Shown: positions 49,767 to 57,044, counted from the stretch's first letter. The stretch: DNA of 64,000 nt from Gammaproteobacteria bacterium (GCA_021156105.1 JAJNBD010000002.1:59701-123700), one strand, 5' to 3'. A program made the numbers and translations. The notes: a model not told the origin generated them from the sequence alone.

Positions 49767-50034
49767 TCAAAAATGTTTTTTCGCAAAAGCTCTTTCTGAT
49801 GCACTCTTTAGATATTTTTCAAGTGCAAAAGCTTTTTCTACCTCATCAAACCAAAAGACATTTTTTACTGACCATGAGACGATGTTTCGCAGTGTGTAAG
49901 GATTTTCCTTCGTTATGATCTTGTAATCTTTTTTTGAGATTGGATGTGCTGCCGGTGTAATAATGAATGGAGTTGGATTGAGTTTTAAGGATGTAAACGT
50001 ACCTATTGGAACGAGTGTATTTCGCGGTGCTGTG
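49767..50034 (-). pseudogene. GIY-YIG nuclease (UPF0213/YhbQ-like) pseudogene
   Basis: RYVYILKTQSNSIHYYTGSTSNLKKRLQDHNEGKSLHTAKH is followed, after a 1-nt frame change near 49885, by SWSVKNVFWFDEVEKAFALEKYLKSASERAFAKKHF-stop. There is no in-frame start codon near the GIY motif. Confidence 0.6.
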
Positions 50035-50096
50035 TCTTAAATATACTTTTATGCCATCATGGATAGCTGAGCCGTAGTAGCGCAAAGCGCGAAGGC

Positions 50097-50120
50097 TGGT
50101 GGAGGCGGCGGGAATTGAAC
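50097..50120 (-). repeat. distal att copy (duplicate of the last 24 nt of tmRNA)
   Basis: 24/24 identity with 53265..53288. Identity ends immediately beyond the repeat. Confidence 0.85.
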
Positions 50121-50218
50121 ACGAAACAAGGATTTTAATGCCTCTCATGAAAAGCGGTGAAAGACAATAAAAGACAATGTAAATCAAGTAATTAGCTGGT
50201 CTCTGCGAAAGTATTCAA

Positions 50219-50268
50219 ATTGTCTTTCATTGTCTCAAATTGGCTACGGATGATCCCCTGGTGATCCC
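50219..50268. repeat. composite box repeat, copy A (2x ATTGTCT at 10-bp phase + GATCCC-n5-GATCCC)
   Basis: ATTGTCT at 50219 and 50229; ATGATCCCCTGGTGATCCC at 50250..50268. The inverted ATTGTCT pair is at 50162..50178. Confidence 0.7.
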
Positions 50269-50359
50269 GCAAATTTTTCCTTTTAGTGCTAAATTAGCCA
50301 GAGGCAAGTCGTTCTTTGTTCGCGAACTGCGAACGCTTGCGACCTCTGTAATTTAAAAA

Positions 50360-51589
50360 TTATAATTCGATGCTATATCTTGGATGAAAAACTTGATGCG
50401 TTAAATTAACCCCCATAATTTCAGAGATTTTATATGCTTTGATACTTTCTGTTTTAATGTGTCCTTTTTTTAACTCATAAACGTACAGTAATAAATTCTC
50501 TGTTTTTGGTTGACGCAGCGAATATGGCTCAACTAACCGTGTGGTACCATTATATACAATTTCAACACATAATCTATTTCTTGCCGCATAACGAATTTGA
50601 TTTAAATAATAATTGGAAGCAACATTGACTCGGTGTCCAATTCCAAGTGTCCGCCTTTGTACGGGTTCTTCGGGGAAGTGAATACGAGGTAAAGTTTTTT
50701 CTGCTGTGTTGTTCGAAATGGTTGGTAGAATGATTTCTGTTGGTTGGTCATTTATCCACCATGACAATGCGTGTTCTAGATCCGCATAAAAACTTTCTAC
50801 AGGTGGCAATAGCTGAAGCTGGTGCCTGAGCTGATGATCCCAGTTAGATTTTAATTGTTCAAAATCAATACGAGAAAATATAGTATCAACAGAAGGTTCT
50901 GGCAGAGATTTGAATTTGAATTTTTCTTTTAAGCTGGCTCTGGCTTTTTCAATGCTTACATGATCTCTAAAATTTCTACTGATGTTGACGACATCATAGA
51001 TATCTCTTGCTCTTCCTTGCCTTTCATAAATTGCGCGAGTTTTTTCAGCTAAGATTTCATTAATGGAATAACAGTTAACTTTTGCGGGTGTGCTTGGTGC
51101 ATCGCTGTAAAAGTGAAAAACTTCTCGGTGGTCAGATGCGTCAACAATAATCTCATCATCGGTGATATCAAACTTTATGCGTTGGTGTTGGCGGGCCGGA
51201 AGATTTAATGGGCCAAGGTAGGTAAATTTTGCTACGTAGGTGATGTGGTTCTTTTTGTTGATGCTTTCCTCTATTTCTATTTCTCGAGTTTTTAAATTAA
51301 TTCCTGTTTGTTCATAAACAATTTCTGCTACATCATTCAATGCATTTTTTATTTCTTCTTTGCTATAGATTGAGTTGCTTCGTGCAGTGAAATCTAAATC
51401 TTCAGAAAATCGATAGGTTTCAAAGTAACATTTCTTTAAGCATGTGCCGCCTTTGAATAACCATTGAGATAGTTTTGGATGATTTGCAATCCCATGTAGC
51501 ACCCAACTCAAAACATAATCTTTCTCGACTGTAGAATGCAGTAAGTGTGTTGCGCTAGCGACTGAAAGGATTTCTTCTTTTGTAATCAT
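50360..51589 (-). CDS. AbiEii/DUF1814 nucleotidyltransferase toxin with an extra C-terminal WYL-like domain
   Basis: VEKDYVLSWVL and FKGGTCLKKCYFETYRFSEDLDF are the AbiEii signature. At 409 aa it is about 110 aa longer than usual. The start overlaps the upstream stop (ATGA). Confidence 0.88.
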   Translation of the reverse strand: MITKEEILSVASATHLLHSTVEKDYVLSWVLHGIANHPKLSQWLFKGGTCLKKCYFETYRFSEDLDFTARSNSIYSKEEIKNALNDVAEIVYEQTGINLKTREIEIEESINKKNHITYVAKFTYLGPLNLPARQHQRIKFDITDDEIIVDASDHREVFHFYSDAPSTPAKVNCYSINEILAEKTRAIYERQGRARDIYDVVNISRNFRDHVSIEKARASLKEKFKFKSLPEPSVDTIFSRIDFEQLKSNWDHQLRHQLQLLPPVESFYADLEHALSWWINDQPTEIILPTISNNTAEKTLPRIHFPEEPVQRRTLGIGHRVNVASNYYLNQIRYAARNRLCVEIVYNGTTRLVEPYSLRQPKTENLLLYVYELKKGHIKTESIKAYKISEIMGVNLTHQVFHPRYSIEL

Positions 51590-52410
51590 GAAAAATCTTC
51601 CAGGGGAATATTAATGCGAATTCCCCATTTGGTTATGATTGGTCCGGAATCTGGCCCATTGGGGTCTAAGTTAATAATCCCAGTTTTTATTTTAGCTTGT
51701 AATTTTTCTAGCCATGAATCTGGCATATGCATAATTTTTTCTGCGACGAATCCAAGGCGTCTGAATACCGCGCCATGATTTAGCCTTTCAGCATATTGCC
51801 ATAAAATTTCTGGATCTGCTTCCTTTTTTTGGAAATAAGCTTGGACAATTTCAATTGTATGACGACCACCGCCACCAATTTCTGGATTATCCAAAACATC
51901 GATGATCGTTCTATGTATATCTGCGATCAAAACAGGTTTGTTACTCGACCAAATTTTTTTGGTGCCAAAAATATTTTCTTCTGAAATAAATTTTGTAATG
52001 TAAGTGAGGCCGGCAATGGATTGCTCGCGCTTGCGTTGTTTTTGTGCAGTGAAGATAACGGTTGAATTGAAAATCTGTTCGGTAAGGTCCCAGTGTTCAG
52101 CAGCTGGCCAGCCAGAGATATAGCAAGGAGAAAATAATTCCATCGCAATTGCCCATGCGTCTTCAGGTATTGGGTTTGCGTTATCGGAACCTAGAGGAAC
52201 AATTTTGTATACGCCGGATTTTAAACGTTGTAACCATCCTTTTTTGCAAAGGCGAGAGAGAGCGAGGTTTGCATTAGTTCTGCTGTAACCAAATTCTTTT
52301 TCTAGATCTGTGGCTCGTACGGCGAGCTTTCCCATGCGGATCATAGTATCGATAATTTGTCGTTCTAGTTGACTAACACCATCCTGGCTTTTGATGTATT
52401 TTAAGCGCAT
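51586..52410 (-). CDS. AbiEi-family antitoxin / transcriptional regulator
   Basis: 274 aa with an N-terminal winged-helix (ATDLEKEFGYSRTNANLALSRLCKKGWLQRLKSGVYKIVP) plus an AbiEi-type C-terminal domain. It is translationally coupled to the AbiEii gene. Confidence 0.82.
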   Translation of the reverse strand: MRLKYIKSQDGVSQLERQIIDTMIRMGKLAVRATDLEKEFGYSRTNANLALSRLCKKGWLQRLKSGVYKIVPLGSDNANPIPEDAWAIAMELFSPCYISGWPAAEHWDLTEQIFNSTVIFTAQKQRKREQSIAGLTYITKFISEENIFGTKKIWSSNKPVLIADIHRTIIDVLDNPEIGGGGRHTIEIVQAYFQKKEADPEILWQYAERLNHGAVFRRLGFVAEKIMHMPDSWLEKLQAKIKTGIINLDPNGPDSGPIITKWGIRINIPLEDFS

Positions 52411-52437
52411 ATAACATCTATTCCTGATATTTATTGT

Positions 52438-52469
52438 GATTTAAATATACCATATGTTATATTTAAATC
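52438..52469. promoter_or_regulatory. 32-bp near-perfect palindrome, candidate AbiEi operator
   Basis: GATTTAAATATA-cCATATGt-TATATTTAAATC lies 28 bp upstream of the abiEi start codon. Confidence 0.5.
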
Positions 52470-52520
52470 GCAAATAATTTCAATAAATGATATTATATAC
52501 GCTTTCAATATTGATTTTCT

Positions 52521-53018
52521 ATGTGTAAATTAAAAGAGATTAAAAATTGCCTCAATTGCCATTTTCTTTGCTCGGAGCAAACGCACCCTACTCTCGGCTA
52601 TCAATCGCAGATAATAAGCAAACAGGTAAGAAAAAGGATTAGTGATAACCAAGCAACTTGGCCAATAACTTATCAAACAGATTTATCTCCTACTGCATTT
52701 TGTTATCTAGGTCATTGGAAGGAAAGCGACAACCTTCAGGGAGCTGCCCTTTATAAAATGTTAACAGTGCCCCATAAGAAATGTTTTTATAATTTTCAAG
52801 AGATGGGAGTGTCATTAGAAAAAGCGCATGAAAATTGGAAAGGCGAAAACGCGCGAAAAAGTTGGTGGTTAAAACAGTTAAGTGAGTTGGGCTGGAAGGT
52901 AGTGGGGAAAATTTTATTAGGCATTCTCTCAGTTTCGATAATTTTAAAATTCTGGAATTGGTTAGCATTACATATTCATTATGTGATAGATAAATTCTAC
53001 TTGTTAATTTGTAGTTAA
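52521..53018 (+). CDS. orphan protein (N-terminal CxxC, C-terminal TM helix)
   Basis: 165 aa, divergent from abiEi. It has CLNCHFLC near the N-terminus and a hydrophobic KILLGILSVSIILKFWNWLAL segment. The Shine-Dalgarno is weak. Confidence 0.4.
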   Translation: MCKLKEIKNCLNCHFLCSEQTHPTLGYQSQIISKQVRKRISDNQATWPITYQTDLSPTAFCYLGHWKESDNLQGAALYKMLTVPHKKCFYNFQEMGVSLEKAHENWKGENARKSWWLKQLSELGWKVVGKILLGILSVSIILKFWNWLALHIHYVIDKFYLLICS

Positions 53019-53147
53019 GGTAGTTGCAAAACAACAACTGGCAAAAGTAAGAATAAATTCAATCTGCAAAAATTAGTTTGCGTAATGTTGGTAAAAAAGA
53101 GGCCGCGGGAAATTTCTAAATAACCTGTTTATGAAAGAAATTTTTTG

Positions 53148-53216
53148 GTTGTCTGTGATTGTCTTTGATGGTTTGAATAATCATTTTTTTAATGAAAATG
53201 ATCCCCTGGTGATCCC
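53148..53216. repeat. composite box repeat, copy B
   Basis: GTTGTCT at 53148 and ATTGTCT at 53158 (10-bp phase); ATGATCCCCTGGTGATCCC at 53198..53216 is identical to 50250..50268. Confidence 0.7.
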
Positions 53217-53264
53217 ACAAAAAGCAAAGTAAAAATATTTGATGTATTAAATCAATGGGGTAGT

Positions 53265-53674
53265 TGGTGGAGGCGGCGGGAATTGAACCCGCGTCCGCAA
53301 GCTATCAATTTCAAGGTCTACATGCGTAGCACATTTTTGGTTTTCGTCACGTCACAGCCAATGGGCAGGCAATGCCGTGCTTAGTTTACTATTGTTTAAT
53401 CTTTAACAGGTAAACACTGTTAGAGACGGTCTCATGTAGAATGACCATTGTTTTCCGCCGCATGAGCACAGCAGAAACAATGGTGCTTGCCGTTTCTTAG
53501 GCGGCGCGCTTCATTTCAACTAGGCAGCTAAAGCTACGCGGTTGAAAGAAGAAGCGTTTGCAGCAGTGCGCTTTTTGTTTGCGTCTATAGTTTTGTAGCC
53601 TATTTTACGAGGGAATCTACCTCCTCGGCATGCGCTTAAAATCTCAATACCCACGTCGAAACCAGGTCGCCCCC
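53265..53674 (-). ncRNA. ssrA: transfer-messenger RNA (tmRNA)
   Basis: 5' GGGGGCGACCUGGUUUCGACGUGGG..., 3' ...GCGGGUUCAAUUCCCGCCGCCUCCACCA, with the G3-U acceptor pair. The internal tag ORF is GCA AAC AAA AAG ... GCU UUA GCU GCC UAG. Confidence 0.93.
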
Positions 53675-53841
53675 GTTTCAAGAGGTAAGAATTCAAACGT
53701 TGATTATGTGCTTATTATACTACAAATTAATAAAAAATTCTTAAAATTTTAAAAAATTACTTAAGCACTATGGTAAAAGCTTGACGTTTTTATACTCCAT
53801 TAATCATGACGAAAAACAATGGGCTCTAATGAAAAATTGAT

Positions 53842-54162
53842 TCAAATTGCAGGCCCAGAGGTTGGTTTTTCACCTTCGAGCTCTTCTGCTGAGTCTGTAC
53901 CAGTTAGCCCTAGTTGGTTGAACATCTGGGCAAAAGCATCTTCATTAAACTTTTCTACGTCTGCATTTTTGACTTGTACACATTTGCCATAAGCGCCGGT
54001 GTCGATGACTACACCTGCAGTCCTGGGCTCGCTTCTCCGAGCAAACCATATAGCTGCATTTCGCTTTCTGGAAGCGGCGGTAATTTCCTCGTTTTTAGAT
54101 CGTGGTTTGGACCAACTATGATTTTTTATCATATGCCATTGCTCATTGTTTTTATTTAACAA
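53842..54162 (-). CDS. orphan protein
   Basis: 106-aa ORF between ssrA and the IS remnant, with a basic N-terminal half and an acidic tail. No recognisable motif. Confidence 0.4.
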   Translation of the reverse strand: MLNKNNEQWHMIKNHSWSKPRSKNEEITAASRKRNAAIWFARRSEPRTAGVVIDTGAYGKCVQVKNADVEKFNEDAFAQMFNQLGLTGTDSAEELEGEKPTSGPAI

Positions 54163-54226
54163 TTTAATTTTAGCATAAAAAATATCATGATTAATAGAAT
54201 TTAATTGCGATTTTTAACACTTAGAA

Positions 54227-54831
54227 CTCTGCAGGGGACAATTTTTTAATTTAGCCACAATTGAATATAAAAAGGCAGACGCTGATCATTGAGTCAAGCA
54301 AATGATTCTCCGCTGCCAAATTCTCGATTCGCTAAATACCAGCGATTCTGGCTTGGCCAAATAATTCCATAAAGCACTCTGTCATCGCAATATGCTCTTT
54401 AGTCCGGGCATTACCTGCTTTATTGGGTAGCTTCCAAAATAAGGGGATAGCGATTCCTTCATAAACAACACCTGGTATCAATAGGTTGATTTTTGCCTTC
54501 CCTTAAAACCAATTGGCACGGTCAATCGTCGCATAAACAGACTTTGCTTTAACAAAAAATAAACTAAAAACCCAGCATGCAATAGCTGCCTTGCTGCTAA
54601 AAGCAATCGCAAGCTCTCTTAAGTTTACCGTTTTGACGATAAAAAATGCTGTTGGCATTTGGGTAAAGCACTCAAGCCTTGCCTTGTTCCAGGCAAAATA
54701 TTTGCTTTTAATAGTCTTTAATGTGCTGATTTGAATCATATATAGCCTCCTTTTTTTGCCGAAAAAAGTTCTATATATATTCTAAAATCAGCGAGTTTTT
54801 TATTACCTACAAGAAATTGTCTCCTGCAGAG
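54227..54831 (-). mobile_element. internally deleted IS4-like insertion sequence remnant with both terminal inverted repeats
   Basis: Inverted repeats CTCTGCAGGGGACAATTT (54227..54244) and AAATTGTCTCCTGCAGAG (54814..54831) match 17/18. The transposase N-terminus (54739..54503) continues out of frame as AKINLLIPGVVYEGIAIPLFWKLPNKAGNARTKEHIAM ... LANREFGSGE and then ends. Confidence 0.7.
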
Positions 54832-54945
54832 TAAGATGTATTGATCGTTAAAACACTTTTAATAAAGCCTTAACATTTTGAAAGTATAATAGTTAAAGCT
54901 TAATGAAGTAATCAATAAAAATATTAAATAAATTTTGGAGAAAAT

Positions 54946-55317
54946 ATGCAAACAACAAATACAAATGAAGAACATACCCCATTACAACAAACTTCTAATG
55001 AACCAGCTCCTTACCCAACAGCGGGGCAAATAGCTAAAAGAGCGGCTAAAGGGGCAGCCGTTGGTGTTAGTTATGGCGTTGTATGTGGCGGGCTTGTGGC
55101 AGGCTCAGTGGCTTGCGGGGAAGCAACTGCAGCAATGGCGGCAGGCGCAGCTGTTCCCTGTGCGAGTGCAGCTGCAGTTCTTTCAAGCCCTCCTTTGATA
55201 GCTTGTATGACTGGTTGGGCAGGATTATGGGCCTGTTCAAGTGGATGGGGTGCAGCTGTTGATAATAATTTTTGCACAGATAATAGCAACGATTTGCCAC
55301 AAGCACGAGTTCCATAG
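54946..55317 (+). CDS. Gly/Ala/Cys-rich small hydrophobic protein
   Basis: 123 aa with a GGAG Shine-Dalgarno and its own terminator. The N-terminal 30 aa are polar, followed by a G/A-rich hydrophobic core with 7 Cys. Confidence 0.55.
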   Translation: MQTTNTNEEHTPLQQTSNEPAPYPTAGQIAKRAAKGAAVGVSYGVVCGGLVAGSVACGEATAAMAAGAAVPCASAAAVLSSPPLIACMTGWAGLWACSSGWGAAVDNNFCTDNSNDLPQARVP

Positions 55318-55325
55318 ATAAATAA

Positions 55326-55348
55326 CCAAAGGCAGGGAGTGCCTTTGG
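55326..55348 (+). terminator. rho-independent terminator
   Basis: CCAAAGGCA-gggag-TGCCTTTGG followed by a T-rich stretch. Confidence 0.7.
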
Positions 55349-55527
55349 CTTCTTTGCAAGCCTAGGGTTTCCAAATACGATAGATATATAAAAGCTTACT
55401 TAAAATAAGTTTTCGGGCCCGAGATTCCTTTCTCTTTGATTTAAATTGAAATTTTCCAGAACCTTTGCCTTTTTTGTGCTAAGTCGCTAGAATCTCACTA
55501 ACAGAATTTAATTTAAGGAACTTAAAC

Positions 55528-55770
55528 ATGGCAACGATTGATGAACGCGTTAAGAAAATTATCGTAGAACAGCTTGGTGTAAAAGAAGACCAAGTGACTG
55601 ATAATGCTTCTTTTGTAAATGATCTTGGCGCTGATTCTTTAGATACAGTTGAATTAGTAATGGCGTTAGAAGAAGAATTTAATACTGAAATTCCTGATAC
55701 TGATGCTGAAAAAATTACAACAGTAAAAGAAGCAATTGATTATGTTAAAGCGCACTCTAAAGAAGATTAA
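55528..55770 (+). CDS. acpP: acyl carrier protein
   Basis: [19 protein letters not shown] phosphopantetheine site. 80 aa. Confidence 0.97.
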   Translation: MATIDERVKKIIVEQLGVKEDQVTDNASFVNDLGADSLDTVELVMALEEEFNTEIPDTDAEKITTVKEAIDYVKAHSKED

Positions 55771-55799
55771 CTGCGCCTTATAATTCTCAAGGTATTTTT

Positions 55800-57044
55800 G
55801 TGACAAAACGTCGAATTGTGGTAACAGGCCTTGGGCTTGTTACCCCTCTAGGTTTAGATGTCAACACCACTTGGCAAGCATTATTGCAAGGTCAAAGTGG
55901 CGTTGAACTTTTACCTGAATTTAATCATGAAGCTTTCTCTACTAAAATCGGTGCAGTAGTAAAAGCTTTCAATCCTGAAGTAGCTATCCCTCCTAAAGAT
56001 GTTAAAAAGTTAGATATATTTATCCAATATGGCGCGGTTGCGGCTAAAGAAGCGCTCACAGATTCCGGCTTGTTGGTTCAAGCGGATAAATTGGATATGG
56101 CACGTATTGGCGTGCTCATTGGTTCTGGGATTGGCGGTCTACCTATCATTGAAAAAACTGTTCGCAATATGGCTGAAAACGGTCCGCGAAGAGTTTCACC
56201 CTTTTTCATTCCTAGTGCCATTATTAATACGCTGTCTGGTTATGTGTCCATGCAATATGGCTTTTTAGGCCCTAATTTTGGAATTGTTTCTGCTTGTGCA
56301 ACAGGCGCACACTCAATTGGCCAAGCGATGCGTATGATTCAATATGGCGATGCTGATGTGATGGTTGCGGGAGGTGCAGAAATGACTATGTGTCCATCTG
56401 CAATGGCAGGCTTTGCGGCTTGCCGTGCGTTATCGCAACGTAATAATGAACCCACAAAAGCAAGCCGCCCTTGGGATAAAGATCGCGATGGTTTTGTCAT
56501 GGGCGAAGGTGCGGGTGTGATCATTTTAGAAGAATATGAGCACGCAAAAGCACGCGGGGCAAAAATTTATGCTGAATTAAGCGGCTTTGGTATGAGTTCT
56601 GACGCGCATCATTTAACTTTGCCGCATCCTGAAGCTTTGGGGGCAACGTTGGCAATGCAGCATGCTTTAAAAGATGCAAATTTGGCACCAGAAAAAATAA
56701 ATTATATTAATGCGCATGCAACTTCAACGCCTGCAGGTGATGCAGTGGAAGTGCTGGCAATTAAGAACACTTTCCGCGAACACGCTTATCAATTATCTGT
56801 AAGCTCTACTAAATCGATGACAGGTCATCTATTAGGCGCAGCAGGTGCGATCGAAGCCGTGTTTAGTGTCTTGGCGTTGCGTGACCAAATTATGCCACCA
56901 ACGATTAATCTTGATCAGCCAGGTGATGACTGTGATTTAGATTTTGTACCACATCAAGCAAAAGAAGGCATCGTGAACGCGACACTTTCAAATTCATTTG
57001 GTTTTGGTGGAACAAATGGAGCGCTTGTGTTTCAAAAAATTTGA
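55800..57044 (+). CDS. fabF: 3-oxoacyl-ACP synthase II
   Basis: GTG start. Active-site SACATG Cys, HATSTP and GHLLGAAG His motifs. 414 aa. Confidence 0.96.
   Translation: MTKRRIVVTGLGLVTPLGLDVNTTWQALLQGQSGVELLPEFNHEAFSTKIGAVVKAFNPEVAIPPKDVKKLDIFIQYGAVAAKEALTDSGLLVQADKLDMARIGVLIGSGIGGLPIIEKTVRNMAENGPRRVSPFFIPSAIINTLSGYVSMQYGFLGPNFGIVSACATGAHSIGQAMRMIQYGDADVMVAGGAEMTMCPSAMAGFAACRALSQRNNEPTKASRPWDKDRDGFVMGEGAGVIILEEYEHAKARGAKIYAELSGFGMSSDAHHLTLPHPEALGATLAMQHALKDANLAPEKINYINAHATSTPAGDAVEVLAIKNTFREHAYQLSVSSTKSMTGHLLGAAGAIEAVFSVLALRDQIMPPTINLDQPGDDCDLDFVPHQAKEGIVNATLSNSFGFGGTNGALVFQKI

Larger units (their letters stand above)
50097..53288 (-). mobile_element. integrase-less genomic islet inserted at the 3' end of ssrA
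   Basis: The exact 24-bp direct repeat TGGTGGAGGCGGCGGGAATTGAAC at 50097..50120 and 53265..53288 (the latter is the tmRNA 3' end) encloses the AbiE pair and one orphan ORF. Confidence 0.65.

Noticed and set aside
50097-50125. Possible tRNA fragment (GGTTCAATTCC T-loop-like sequence)
   Set aside because: It is identical to the tmRNA 3' end and ends after 24 nt, with no acceptor or anticodon arms. I interpret it as an att duplication, not a tRNA gene.
52690-53037. 115-aa minus-strand ORF antisense to 52521..53018
   Set aside because: The plus-strand ORF has more protein-like features (CxxC, TM helix). Only one can be real, and neither is strongly supported.
53675-53841. Promoter for ssrA (a TATAAT about 40 nt upstream of the mature 5' end on the minus strand)
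   Set aside because: The spacing to the mature end is too long and I found no convincing -35. tmRNA is processed from a precursor, so the start cannot be placed by eye.
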